Shown in pieces: positions 20,194-30,187 of a DNA stretch of 64,000 bases. The notes under the pieces are model-generated. The model did not search any database. It was not told the origin of the DNA and saw only the letters and a list, made by a program, of their open reading frames with translations. The stretch comes from Thermoanaerobaculia bacterium. Its GTDB lineage: Bacteria > Acidobacteriota > Thermoanaerobaculia > Multivoradales > Multivoraceae. The stretch lies in NCBI GenBank assembly GCA_963666565.1, contig OY762911.1, positions 384,001-448,000 on the forward strand, written 5' to 3'. Position 1 is the first letter of the stretch, and the number at the start of each line of letters is the position of its first letter. A program made the translations under genes and the position numbers.

Positions 20194-20771
20194 GCCGCCG
20201 GCGGCGCGGCTGGCGCCTGCGCATCTGGTTCTGGGTCGGCGTGGGCCTGTTCGTCGTCAACGCCGCCCTGCTGTCGACCTACCGCGGCGTCTACGCCGGC
20301 CGCTTCCAGGCGCTGGAGGACGAGATCGCCCAGGTCGAGAACCTGCGCACCCGCGCCAGCCAGGAGGCGGCCCGCCGCGAAGGCCAGGTGACGACCGTGG
20401 AGGCGACCCGCAGCCAGGTGCGGACCCTTTACCGCGAGGGCTTCGCGACCGAGCGCGAACGGTTGACCGACCTGATCCGCGAGGTGAAGGAACTGGCCGA
20501 CCGCTCGGGGCTCCGCCCCGGTTCCATCTCCTACCCGGAGGCGACCCTGGAGCAGTACGGCCTGGTCGAGAAGTCCATCGCGTTCACGGTCGAGGGGAAC
20601 TACAGCCAGTTGCGGGGGCTGGTCAACCTGCTGGAGGTCACCGACACCTTCGTGACCCTCGAGTCGATCAGCCTGAGCGAAGCGACGCCGAACCTGCGCA
20701 TCGACCTCCGGCTGTCGACCCTGTTCTCGGGCGGCGAGCCCGCCGCAACCGAACCGGAGGCGGGCGGATGA
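20190..20771 (+). CDS. PilO/GspM-like protein
   Basis: TM helix plus coiled coil plus FTVEGNYSQLRGLV..LE; GTGA overlap. Confidence 0.75.
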   Translation: MSRRRRGWRLRIWFWVGVGLFVVNAALLSTYRGVYAGRFQALEDEIAQVENLRTRASQEAARREGQVTTVEATRSQVRTLYREGFATERERLTDLIREVKELADRSGLRPGSISYPEATLEQYGLVEKSIAFTVEGNYSQLRGLVNLLEVTDTFVTLESISLSEATPNLRIDLRLSTLFSGGEPAATEPEAGG

Positions 20772-21370
20772 GCGCCGCCCGGACCGGCGCCAGCCGGCCG
20801 AACCCGCTGCTGCTGGGCCTGCTCGGCGTCGTGGTGGCGGTCGCCGCCTGGCGCTTCCTGCCGTCCTTCGGCGGCGGCCCCGGCTTCACCCGCACGGAGT
20901 CCGGCGACCTGCGGTCGACGACGATCGACGTCGTCGAACTCGCCGCCTACACCCTCGACGAGCCGCCGCCGCCCAGCCGGCCGGCGCGGGACCCCTGGTC
21001 GTTCGGAAGCCGTCCCGCGCCCGAGCCGGCGGCGCCCGCGACCGCGGCGCCGCCGCCTCCCGAACCCGCGCGGCCGGCCGTTCCGGAAACGCCGGCGCCG
21101 ACGCCGGAACCCCCGGCGCCCAAGCCGGTCGGGCCGAGCCCGCCGCCGGTCGACGTCTTCTACATCGGGTCGTTCGGGCGGAACGACAATCCGATCGCCG
21201 TCTTCGTCGACTCCGAGAAGTCCATCTACAACGCATTCGAGGGCGACCTCGTCAAGGAGGCCTTCGAAGTGCAGAACATCGGCTACGAGTCGGTCGACCT
21301 GCTCTTCGTGGGCTTCCCCGACGAACCGCCGGTACGGCTCGCCATCGGCGGCCGGCCCAGCGGCAGCTAA
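20768..21370 (+). CDS. PilP/GspC-like membrane-anchored proline-rich protein
   Basis: N-terminal TM, RDPW motif, Pro-rich linker and a small C-terminal beta domain; lies between PilO and the secretin. Confidence 0.6.
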   Translation: MSAARTGASRPNPLLLGLLGVVVAVAAWRFLPSFGGGPGFTRTESGDLRSTTIDVVELAAYTLDEPPPPSRPARDPWSFGSRPAPEPAAPATAAPPPPEPARPAVPETPAPTPEPPAPKPVGPSPPPVDVFYIGSFGRNDNPIAVFVDSEKSIYNAFEGDLVKEAFEVQNIGYESVDLLFVGFPDEPPVRLAIGGRPSGS

Positions 21371-21383
21371 GGACCTGAACCAC

Positions 21384-23840
21384 ATGAACGAACACGATCC
21401 ACAGCCACGGCAGCGGCGGCGGCACGGTCTCCCGCTGGGACTGGCGCTGCTCCTCATCCTCGCTTCCTGCAGCGGTTACCGGAGCTTCCGGGAGGCGCAG
21501 CACGCGGAGCTCTCGGGCGACTGGGACACGGCCGTCCTGCGCTACATGGAACTGGTCACCGAGGACCCGGCGGACCTGCGCTACCGGGCCGGCCTGCTGC
21601 GGGCCAAGACCCAGGCGGCCCACGCCCACTTCGAGGCGGGCCGGAAGCTGCAGGAGGCCGGCCGCGACCGGGACGCGATGCTCGAGATGCAGCGGGCCGT
21701 CCAGCTCGATCCGACCAACCAGTACGCGCTTACCGAGCTGGAGAAGATCCGCACGAAGATCGAGACCAGCGGCCTCCAGCCCAGGACGATCTCCGAGATG
21801 AAGGACGACGCCCGCGCCGCGGAGCCGATGCCGCCGACACTCAGTCCGCTCTCGAGCGAACCGGTCAGCTTCGATTTCCCGAACGCGACCTTCATGGAGG
21901 TCTACCGCGCGATCGGGCAGGCCTTCGGGATCAACATCGTCTTCGACACGAGGCTGCGCGACGCGCCGGTGGGCCCGGAGGGCATCGAACTGCGCGACGT
22001 GACGGCGATCGAGGGCCTGGAGATCCTGATGCACAGCCTCGGCCACTTCTACCGCGTGCTCGACGAGCAGACGATCATGATTCTCCAGGACAACCAGCAG
22101 AACCGCCAGCGGTTCGAGGACCGGATCATCCAGACGTTCTTCCTCTCGAACTCGGACGTGAAGGACGTGATGACCATCCTGCGCAGCCTGCTGAACACGA
22201 GGTTCATCGCGACCAACGAGCGGCTGAACGCGATCGCCATGCTCGACAGCGTGGAGAAGGTCAAGATCGCGGAACGGCTGATCCAGCAAAACGACAAGGC
22301 GAAGGCGGAGGTCGTCGTGGACGTCGAGCTGCTCCAGATCAACACCTCGAAGCTGCAGCAGCTCGGGCTGTCGCTGGACACGAACCGCCTCGGCATCAGC
22401 CTCGACATCGGCGGCGAGGACGTGCCGCTCAGGATGTCGGACGTGGAGTCGCTGAACCAGAACAACTGGGTGCTGTCCGTGCCCGGCTTCCTGTTCGACT
22501 TCGTCAAGAACGCGACCGACGCGCAGACACTGGCCAAGCCGCAGGTGCGGATCACGGAGGGCGAGGAGGCCTCGTTCTCGATCGGCGACCGGGTGCCGAT
22601 CCCGGTGACCAGCTTCAACACCGCGAACACGGCCGGCAGCAACATCGTGCCGATCACCTCCTACCAGTACCAGAACGTCGGCATCGAGGTCGACATCACC
22701 CCGCGGGTGCATCACAACGAGGAGGTGTCCCTCGACCTGACGATCGAGGTCAGCAACATCAGCGGCCAGATCGAGAGCCAGCCGATCATCGGCAGCCGCA
22801 ACATCCAGACCAGCATCCGGCTGCGCGACGGCGAGACGAACTTCCTGGCCGGCCTGATCCGCACCTCCGAGACGAACGTCCAGGGCGGCATCCCCGGGCT
22901 GTCCGAGATTCCGGTGCTGGGCCGCCTGTTCTCGCGGCGCTCGACCGACAACGAGCGCACGGACATCGTGCTGACGCTGACTCCGCACATCATCCGGCGC
23001 GCGGACATCCGCGAGGAGGACCTCGCGCCCATCTGGGTCGGCACGGAGACGAACGTCCGGTACCGCGGATCGAGCCCGCGGATCGACTCCGGCGTCGACG
23101 GACCCTTCGACGAACCGGAAGAGGGCGACGCGCGCGACGAACTCCAGGACCGCCTGCCGCCGGGCCTGCGCGACGCCGCGCCGGAAGGCGAGCCGCCGCC
23201 GGGCGAGGAGGACGAGGGACCGCCGCTGGGCGTCGAGCTCGTGCCGCCGCCGCCGAGCGATCCGCCGCGCAACGCCGCCCTCCTCGACGGCCCCGGAGGT
23301 CGGCCGCTCGATCCCGGGCACGCGCTCGACCGTCTGCCGCGCGTCGTGCCGGCGGCGCTCCAGGCGCTGGCGGCGAGCGGTCCGGCCGGCGTCGAACTCA
23401 CCTTCGCACCGGAGGCGCTGCGCGCCGGCGTCGGCGACAGCTTCGAGGTGCGGCTCGACGTCCGGTCCCTCGCGCCCATCTCGCACCTGCCGCTGCGGCT
23501 CCGGTTCGACCCGGCGCTGATCGCGGTGACCGCGGTCCGGGCCGGGTCCTTCCTGGGCGGCGAGGAGGAGGTGTCGCTGATGACCGACGAGTCCTCTCCG
23601 GGCACGGTCGTCGTGGGGCTGAGCCGGCTGGGCGAGCGGCCCGGCGTGGCGGGCAGGGGACGCCTGCTGGCGCTCGAGGTGGAGGCCACGGGGCCCGGCC
23701 GCGCGACGATCGCCGTCGAGCGCGCAAGACCCAGGGGCCCGGCCCTGGAAGAGCTGACGCCGCCGGATGTCCGGCCGCTGGAGATCGAGATCCGGGACGA
23801 CCGGGTTCCGGACGACGAACCGGCGGAGACGGTTGCATGA
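21384..23840 (+). CDS. Secretin (GspD/PilQ family) with lipoprotein signal, TPR region and C-terminal cohesin-like domain
   Basis: LLLILAS-C lipobox; LAKPQVR..GDRVPI, YQNVGI..ITPRVH, LRDGET..AGLI, GIPGLSEIPVLGRLF and TPHIIR; C-terminal GDSFEVRL..LRFDP.LI.V..V..GSFL. Confidence 0.92.
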   Translation: MNEHDPQPRQRRRHGLPLGLALLLILASCSGYRSFREAQHAELSGDWDTAVLRYMELVTEDPADLRYRAGLLRAKTQAAHAHFEAGRKLQEAGRDRDAMLEMQRAVQLDPTNQYALTELEKIRTKIETSGLQPRTISEMKDDARAAEPMPPTLSPLSSEPVSFDFPNATFMEVYRAIGQAFGINIVFDTRLRDAPVGPEGIELRDVTAIEGLEILMHSLGHFYRVLDEQTIMILQDNQQNRQRFEDRIIQTFFLSNSDVKDVMTILRSLLNTRFIATNERLNAIAMLDSVEKVKIAERLIQQNDKAKAEVVVDVELLQINTSKLQQLGLSLDTNRLGISLDIGGEDVPLRMSDVESLNQNNWVLSVPGFLFDFVKNATDAQTLAKPQVRITEGEEASFSIGDRVPIPVTSFNTANTAGSNIVPITSYQYQNVGIEVDITPRVHHNEEVSLDLTIEVSNISGQIESQPIIGSRNIQTSIRLRDGETNFLAGLIRTSETNVQGGIPGLSEIPVLGRLFSRRSTDNERTDIVLTLTPHIIRRADIREEDLAPIWVGTETNVRYRGSSPRIDSGVDGPFDEPEEGDARDELQDRLPPGLRDAAPEGEPPPGEEDEGPPLGVELVPPPPSDPPRNAALLDGPGGRPLDPGHALDRLPRVVPAALQALAASGPAGVELTFAPEALRAGVGDSFEVRLDVRSLAPISHLPLRLRFDPALIAVTAVRAGSFLGGEEEVSLMTDESSPGTVVVGLSRLGERPGVAGRGRLLALEVEATGPGRATIAVERARPRGPALEELTPPDVRPLEIEIRDDRVPDDEPAETVA

Positions 23841-24307
23841 GCACGGAGCGCGCATGGCGCCGGGCCGGCTACACGCTGGTCGAGCTGGTCACGGTGAGCG
23901 CCGTGATGCTCGTCCTGGCCGCCGTCGCCCTGCCGACCGCGACCTTCACGAACAAGCGGATCAAGGAGGCGGAACTGCGCTCCCACCTGCGCAAGATGCG
24001 CAACGCGATCGACGAACACAAGCGCTACAGCGACATCGGGCTCATCCCCATCGAGATCGGCACGGACGGCTATCCCGCCGAGCTCGAGAAGCTGGTGGAG
24101 CCGATCCAGCTCATCGGTCAGGCCGAGGGCGAGATCCGCTTCCTCCGCCGCATCCCCGTCGACCCGATGACCGGCGAAGAGGACTGGGGCCTGCGGAGCT
24201 ACCAGGACGACCCGGACGACAGCTCCTGGGGAGGCGAGAACGTCTACGACGTGTACTCGCTGAGCGACGGCGTCGGCCTGAACCGCGTGCCATACGAGGA
24301 GTGGTGA
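23837..24307 (+). CDS. Type II secretion pseudopilin (GspG-like)
   Basis: Prepilin site G|YTLVEL; KEAELR..LRKMRNAID, YP.ELE.LV and FLRRIPVDPMTG. Confidence 0.88.
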   Translation: MSTERAWRRAGYTLVELVTVSAVMLVLAAVALPTATFTNKRIKEAELRSHLRKMRNAIDEHKRYSDIGLIPIEIGTDGYPAELEKLVEPIQLIGQAEGEIRFLRRIPVDPMTGEEDWGLRSYQDDPDDSSWGGENVYDVYSLSDGVGLNRVPYEEW

Positions 24308-24401
24308 CATGAAGGAACGCATCTCGGCGGCCCATGGCGAAAGTCGCGCTGCATTCGAGGGACCACGCATCCCGCCCGGCATCGTCGCTCTTCGGTCGAC
24401 C

Positions 24402-24824
24402 ATGACCCGCCAGCGCGGCATGTCCCTGCTGGAACTCATCATCGTCATGGCGATCATCGGCATCCTGGCCGCGGTCGCCGTGCCGCTGCTGAAGAACGCG
24501 CCGCGCCGCGCGCAGGAGGCGGCGCTCAAGCAGAACCTCCGCGTCATGCGCGACGCGATCGAGCAGCACCACGCCGACAAGGGCCACTACCCGCCGAGCC
24601 TGCAGGCGCTCGTCGAGGAGGAATACCTGCGGGCCATCCCGCCCGACCCGATCACCCGCAGCCCCGAGACCTGGGTCGAGGTCTTCGCCGAGTACCCGTC
24701 CGCTGCCGACGAAGACCCCTGGGCCGAGACCGACCTGTCGCCCTTCGGGGATCCCGGCATAGAGGACGTCCACTCCGGTTCGGAGGAGAATTCGCTGAAC
24801 GGGGAGGCCTATGCCGACTGGTGA
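24402..24824 (+). CDS. Type II secretion pseudopilin (GspG-like)
   Basis: G|MSLLELIIVMAIIGILAAVAVP; DKG.YP.SL..LV..YLR.IP.DPIT; start re-picked at ATG 24402. Confidence 0.9.
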   Translation: MTRQRGMSLLELIIVMAIIGILAAVAVPLLKNAPRRAQEAALKQNLRVMRDAIEQHHADKGHYPPSLQALVEEEYLRAIPPDPITRSPETWVEVFAEYPSAADEDPWAETDLSPFGDPGIEDVHSGSEENSLNGEAYADW

Positions 24825-25539
24825 CCGGGCGGCGCGCAGCGAGCGGATCCCGGTCCGCGATGCGGAGGCCGGCTACAACCTGGTGGCGCTCGCCGTCCTC
24901 ATCACGGTGATGAACATCGCGGTGGCGGCGGCCCTGCCCTACTGGAGCAGTTGGGCCCAGCGCCAGAAGGAGGAGGAGCTCGTCTTCCGCGGCCTGCAGT
25001 ACGCCGAGGCGATCCGCATCTTCCGCGTCCGCCAGGGACGCCTGCCGACGGCGCTCGAGGAGCTCGTCGAGGTGCAGCCGCGGGCTATCCGCCAGTTGTG
25101 GACGAACCCGATGGCCGAGGACGGCCGCTGGGGCCTGCTGATGCAGGGCGCGCCGGCCGGCGCCGGCGAGGGCCGCGCCAGGAGCGGCGGCGCCCAGCCG
25201 GCGACGAATGCCGCGGCAGCCGCCGCGGCCGGCGTCGGCGGATCGATGACCGCGGTGCCTCCGCCGAACGAGGAGGAAGGCGAAGGCCCCGTCGTCGGAC
25301 CCATCCTGGGGGTCTACAGCGCCACGCCCGGTCCCTCCATGAAGGTGTGGAACGGCCAGGAGGACATCGAGAACTGGTACTTCACCAGCGAACTGATCCA
25401 GCTCCGGCCCGGCAACGCCGCCGACGGACGGCCGCCGCCGCGGCTCACCAGCGAGTGGATCGGCAAGCCGTTCCCGCCGGGCGTGCTCGGCGGTCCGGAA
25501 ACGCAGGACGGTTCGGCCCCCGGCGCGGAGGGCCGTTGA
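24811..25539 (+). CDS. Minor pseudopilin-like protein
   Basis: G|YNLVAL (no Glu5); [22 protein letters not shown] and IRQLW.NPM. Confidence 0.8.
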   Translation: MPTGDRAARSERIPVRDAEAGYNLVALAVLITVMNIAVAAALPYWSSWAQRQKEEELVFRGLQYAEAIRIFRVRQGRLPTALEELVEVQPRAIRQLWTNPMAEDGRWGLLMQGAPAGAGEGRARSGGAQPATNAAAAAAAGVGGSMTAVPPPNEEEGEGPVVGPILGVYSATPGPSMKVWNGQEDIENWYFTSELIQLRPGNAADGRPPPRLTSEWIGKPFPPGVLGGPETQDGSAPGAEGR

Positions 25540-25760
25540 GCGGACGGGACGACTCGGTGCCGGGCGAGGAGAGCCGCGGGGCGGGCAGGACGGCTCGGCT
25601 GCAGGTGGCGGGGGGCCGTTGAGCGAGCACGACGGCTCGGCTGCCGGCGGCGGGAAGCCGTTGAGCGAGCACGACGGCTCGGCTGCCGGCGGCGGGAAGC
25701 CGTTGAGCGAGCACGACGGCTCGGCTGCCGGCGGCGGGGGGCCGTTGAGCGAGCAGGACG
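25500..25760 (+). repeat. 42-bp tandem repeat across the pseudopilin/dut junction
   Basis: GCCGTTGAGCGAGCACGACGGCTCGGCTGCCGGCGGCGGGRR at 25615, 25657 and 25699, partial at 25741, with degenerate copies from about 25500. Confidence 0.9.
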
Positions 25761-26209
25761 CCGTCGACGTCCGGGTTCGCCTGCTGCCGCACGCGGCCGG
25801 CCTGCCGGAGCGGGCTTCCGCCGGGAGCGCCGGCTACGACCTGCGCGCCGCGACGTCGGAGCCGGTCCGGATCGAGCCCGGCACGCGCCGCCTGATCCCG
25901 ACCGGGCTTGTCCTCGGCCTGCCGCCGGGCCACGAGGCGCAGATCCGGCCGCGCAGCGGCCTCGCGTTCCGCCAGGGCCTCACCGTGCTGAACGCCCCCG
26001 GCACGATCGACAGCGACTACCGGGGCGAGGTGAAGCTGCTGCTCGTCAACCTGGGACACGAACCCATCACCGTCCAACGCGGCGAGCGGCTGGCGCAGAT
26101 GGTCGTCGCCGCCGTTCCCGAGATCGCGTTCCGCGAGGACGACGCGCTGGGCGCGCGGCCGGCGGCGGGAGGCCGGAACGACGGCGGTTTCGGCTCCACC
26201 GGCACCTGA
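25745..26209 (+). CDS. dut: dUTP diphosphatase
   Basis: [39 protein letters not shown] and [10 protein letters not shown]; in-frame TTG starts at 25619, 25661, 25703 and 25745. Confidence 0.96.
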   Translation: MSEQDAVDVRVRLLPHAAGLPERASAGSAGYDLRAATSEPVRIEPGTRRLIPTGLVLGLPPGHEAQIRPRSGLAFRQGLTVLNAPGTIDSDYRGEVKLLLVNLGHEPITVQRGERLAQMVVAAVPEIAFREDDALGARPAAGGRNDGGFGSTGT

Positions 26210-26213
26210 CTGG

Positions 26214-26270
26214 CTGGGTGCGCGGGTCTTCCGACCTGCTGCCGCCGGAGGCGGCCGGAAAGACGCGCCG
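26214..26270 (+). repeat. Extended REP-like unit at the left edge of the island
   Basis: 50/57 identical to the reverse complement of 33748-33804. Confidence 0.85.
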
Positions 26271-26332
26271 GCCTTTGGCCGGCGGCCCTGTCGTCCGGTC
26301 CCTCAACTTCTGGTGCGCCATCTCGCCCACGA

Positions 26333-28492
26333 TCACGGTTCCCTCGGGCGGCACGCCTCGCGAAAGGCGGACGTATCCTGGAAGGCATCGGGCTCGCCCG
26401 GCGCCTTCGCATAGCGGCGTTCCACACCCGTTCGCACATCGTGCACCACCAGGTCGAGTTGAAGGTCGGTCGCGGAAGCCGCGGAAACCCAATGGTGGCC
26501 GTTGACTTCGCAGCCGTTCAGCACCTTCACCAGCACCTCCCAGTTCGCCGCCGTGAAGAAGGAGAAGACACCGGCTTCCGCTGTTCGTGCGTCGGAAACG
26601 AGCGCGGCGGCGCTTCCGCCGTCCGGCGCCGACCAGTCGAGCGTCACGCGATAGCGACCGTCCTGCAGGCACAGCGCGGTCGGCGCCGGCTCGCAAACCG
26701 GCCCCGCCGGCCGCGACTCGTAACTCCGGATGGCCGCGACCTGGAGTTCCCAGCGGCTCGCGGGCGCTTCCCGCATGCTGAGGCGCTTCGGACCAAAATG
26801 GTCCAGAACCCAATCGCGGCCCGCAGCGTCGAACGGCATCCACACATCGGGAGCGACCCGAAGGGCATACGCGCCCCGCGCGAGAGCCTCTTCTTCCCTG
26901 GTCGCGGATGGAAGCACCATGATGTTCACGCCACGCTCCTCAAGGACGTAACCCGGCGGCGGCGTTCGGTCGTGGGCCATCAGTCGCTCGCTGTTAGGCC
27001 GCACCACCGGGTTGCGCGCCACCACCCCGTCCACCAGACCATGTCCGTCCACGACCCTCAGATCCGGCAGGTAGTAGGACTGGATGCCCAGGGCGCCGGT
27101 CGCCGTCACGGCGTCCGCTGGAAACGCGCCCCGTTCCAGGTGGCGGTAGTCCGCCCATTCCTTCAGCTTGAGTTTGGCGGCCTCCCGGTGTTCCGCGAAG
27201 CGCAGTCCCACCAGTTGCCGCGTCATTCGGCCGCGAAGCTCGTTCGAGATCGAGGCGAGAACCCTCATGCCGGGTGCCGCCAGCAGCCAACCCGCGTTCT
27301 CTGGATTCACTTCCGGGTGGAACCGCTCCTGATAGTCGCCGATGCCAGCGCCCTGGAACAGCAGGTGGCCCTGCAGCGCACCGGCGTAGAAGAGTGTCGG
27401 TACGAACAGGACGACGGCACAGACGCCGGGAACCGGCCGCAGGTTCATGGCCCGCGCCGACCGGATCCGGCGCAGCAGGTCTGCCGCCGCGGAACCGAGA
27501 TGAACGATCCCCGACGCCGCCGGAACCGCCAGCAGCGGCCAGTAGAAGTCCAGTGGCCGGTACTCGAAGTAGTCCCCGCCGAGCCGGAACACGTAGGCCA
27601 TGTGCGGCAAGATGCATGCGAACGGTAGTGCGAGGCGAAGATCGCCGCGCTCCCGCCACGCGCGTCGCATGGCCACGACCGCCAGCGGCATCAGCAGATA
27701 GAGCCCGGTCTCTATCGCCGCGGCCCACAGGTAGTTGAAGCCGGACTCGTACCAGGGCCGAACGTGTTTGGCGTAGTAAGTGTTCGGCAGCCACTCGCCG
27801 TAGTAGCCGTACCGGAACAGGAACTGCGCCCCGACGAAGGCGACGAACGGCAGGATGAGCCAACCCAGCTCCCTGAGAGCGACCCGGGACCGTTCGGCAG
27901 CGAGGCTCCGCTGCACCACGAACCAGCCGAAGCAACAAGCTGCGATCAAGAGTCCCTCCGGCCGCGTGTACGCCGCTGCCACGAGGCTGAGCGAAACGCC
28001 CAGCAGCCCCCGGCGACTGTCGGAGCGGACGCTCAGGAACACGACCGCCAGCACGACGAAGAAAGTGAACTGCCGCGTCTCCAGTCCGCCGCCCGAAGTC
28101 CACACCGCAAAGGTGGCACTGGTGCACAGGAGGCCCAGCGCCATCCAGATCACGAGTCCGCGCCGCCGGAGTCCAGGGAGCAAGGCCGTCCACCAGGCGG
28201 TTGCCGCCAGCGTGCCGATCGTGCAAAGCACGGACAGCCAAGGCGCGACATGCTCGGGGCGCAGCCCGAAGACCTTCCAGAGGGCCGTCAGCTTGAGCAC
28301 CCACAGGAGGTTCGTGTAGCCCTCCACCCGCTCTCCGGGATTGAAGACGAGGCCGCGTCCCTCCACCAGATTGCGGACGTACCGAAAGCTGATGAAGGCG
28401 TCGTCGCACAAGAACCAGGCCGCCGACGCCAGCCAAGCCAGCAGCACCAGCCAGAGCAAGTTGCCGCCGAGAAGCGCAAGCCTCCGCGCCAT
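26333..28492 (-). CDS. Polytopic GT-C-like (AftB-like) membrane glycosyltransferase fused to a C-terminal extracytoplasmic domain
   Basis: DDAFISFRY..N..G.GLVFN.GERVEGYT, GLET, TRPEG, YYG..LPNTYYAK and GGD; C-terminal C..ALCL..GRYRV..W..F.FF..N.EVLVKVLNGC..NG..WV. Confidence 0.75.
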   Translation of the reverse strand: MARRLALLGGNLLWLVLLAWLASAAWFLCDDAFISFRYVRNLVEGRGLVFNPGERVEGYTNLLWVLKLTALWKVFGLRPEHVAPWLSVLCTIGTLAATAWWTALLPGLRRRGLVIWMALGLLCTSATFAVWTSGGGLETRQFTFFVVLAVVFLSVRSDSRRGLLGVSLSLVAAAYTRPEGLLIAACCFGWFVVQRSLAAERSRVALRELGWLILPFVAFVGAQFLFRYGYYGEWLPNTYYAKHVRPWYESGFNYLWAAAIETGLYLLMPLAVVAMRRAWRERGDLRLALPFACILPHMAYVFRLGGDYFEYRPLDFYWPLLAVPAASGIVHLGSAAADLLRRIRSARAMNLRPVPGVCAVVLFVPTLFYAGALQGHLLFQGAGIGDYQERFHPEVNPENAGWLLAAPGMRVLASISNELRGRMTRQLVGLRFAEHREAAKLKLKEWADYRHLERGAFPADAVTATGALGIQSYYLPDLRVVDGHGLVDGVVARNPVVRPNSERLMAHDRTPPPGYVLEERGVNIMVLPSATREEEALARGAYALRVAPDVWMPFDAAGRDWVLDHFGPKRLSMREAPASRWELQVAAIRSYESRPAGPVCEPAPTALCLQDGRYRVTLDWSAPDGGSAAALVSDARTAEAGVFSFFTAANWEVLVKVLNGCEVNGHHWVSAASATDLQLDLVVHDVRTGVERRYAKAPGEPDAFQDTSAFREACRPREP

Positions 28493-28612
28493 GACGTGCA
28501 TGCTCCGTCGACGGCTTCGCAAACTGACCTCGCGAGAACTCCGCAGGATGCCGTGCGACCCTATCGATTCGTACGAACCAGAACCACTGCCGTTTTCGCG
28601 TCAATGCCGAAG

Positions 28613-30187
28613 TCAGATTCTCCCTGTGCAGAGTTCTGCCACGCCGACACCTCGGTTAGGCGACAAACCAAGCCGCGATTCCGCCCTCTGTGCCGACGAA
28701 ACTGCCGCTACATCCGGTTCCAACCAGCCGTGCTTCTCCAGAATGCGGCGAGCCTTCGGGAATCGCTCCGTCGACCAGAACTCGAACACGCCATCGAGAA
28801 TGCCGCGAGAAACAGTGTCCAGCCGCTCCACTAGAGCGAGAGTCTCCTCTAATTCCTCGCCAATCGACGAAATCAGACGTCGAGCCCGTAGCGCCGCATC
28901 GGACGAGCCTCCTGGAACCGACGCGACATCAACATCGAACCGCGCCAGAACGCCGCACTGAAGTTCCACTTCTTCCACCAGCCCGGCGAGCGACTTCAAC
29001 ACGCGCGCACCGACATCCGCCTCGATCGAACGCAAGGACGGATCGTCCGGCCCGGCATACAGCAGATTCAGTTTCTCGAAACAGGCGCCCTCGAGCGACC
29101 CACAGTAGAGGTCGAAGACCCGCCTCCCGGTTTCCTCGGCCAAGGGCCGCTCATTCGCCAAGAGCGCCACTGCAGCCTCAAAGCCGTCGGAAGGGGGACA
29201 CGGCCCGGGCCGGCAGATGTCACGAGGCCCAAGCTCCGTCGTCGCTTCTGCCGTCAGAGCCAAGGCCACGCGCCGAACCCCGAGCGGGAGTACTCGGCCC
29301 TCGACCGGAAGACCGGACTCGCCGAGTTCATAGCGCGCTATGCCCATACCGAACAGGTTCCAAGGTGCCTCGACCCCAACCACCTCCGCCGGAAGACCTC
29401 GAGCCTCCCGGACCTTCACCCAGTTCGCCCAAGCCGCTGCACGCGTCTCTTCGGTGCCCCACTCCTTCTGCAAGAAGGCGAGGCCTTGAAGGAGTAGGCC
29501 GAGCACTTCATCGGAACCGATCGTGCCCGCACGCCGCCTTCGGTCGTACTCTTCCTCCAGGATCTCGGGCAAAGCCGCCTGGACCCGCCTCATCTGACTC
29601 GCGAACACGAGTGCCAAGCGCCTAGCCTCGTTCTCCGTCACGGATTCCGGCAACTCGGCGAGCAGTCCGTCGCCAGCTGCCCTGCTGCGTAGAGTCTCCA
29701 TGGTCGGAATCCAGTCCTCAAAGTTGCCGAGCAAGCCCTGAAAGGCACCCTTCACGTCTTCTGCGGACCTGTGAGTTTCCGCCGCGAACTCGATCCTCTC
29801 CGGGCTTGGGTAGAGCGGGATCAAGAACACGACAAACTGGCTAACGGCCTCACGTGCTTCAGGACGGCCCCTCGCCAGAACTTCCGTAAACCACGCTGCA
29901 ACGTCCACGTCCTCTCGAAAGAACGCTCCGACCGAATCGACCGGCCACTCGCCATCGAACGGACCGTAGAGCGCGGTCCCCAGCTCCCGCAAGGCCGCCT
30001 CCACGGTCGCCGCATCCTCGGATAGAACATCCCGGAGCACCCACTCGCTAGCCGCGGCACCTCCTGGCGAAGGCGTCATGGACGTCAACAGGACGACCAT
30101 TATGACCTCACGTATCCATGCACGCCTGGGCACCCTCAGGCCAGCCCATGACCCCCGCCGCAGACTCCCTTCTATCGTTGGCCACAT
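28613..30187 (-). CDS. Hypothetical exported, probably alpha-helical protein; partner of the Ig-repeat protein
   Basis: Long ORF with atypical codon usage; AGGAGG six nt before ATG 30187, which overlaps the upstream stop; signal-peptide-like N-terminus. Confidence 0.7.
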   Translation of the reverse strand: MWPTIEGSLRRGSWAGLRVPRRAWIREVIMVVLLTSMTPSPGGAAASEWVLRDVLSEDAATVEAALRELGTALYGPFDGEWPVDSVGAFFREDVDVAAWFTEVLARGRPEAREAVSQFVVFLIPLYPSPERIEFAAETHRSAEDVKGAFQGLLGNFEDWIPTMETLRSRAAGDGLLAELPESVTENEARRLALVFASQMRRVQAALPEILEEEYDRRRRAGTIGSDEVLGLLLQGLAFLQKEWGTEETRAAAWANWVKVREARGLPAEVVGVEAPWNLFGMGIARYELGESGLPVEGRVLPLGVRRVALALTAEATTELGPRDICRPGPCPPSDGFEAAVALLANERPLAEETGRRVFDLYCGSLEGACFEKLNLLYAGPDDPSLRSIEADVGARVLKSLAGLVEEVELQCGVLARFDVDVASVPGGSSDAALRARRLISSIGEELEETLALVERLDTVSRGILDGVFEFWSTERFPKARRILEKHGWLEPDVAAVSSAQRAESRLGLSPNRGVGVAELCTGRI

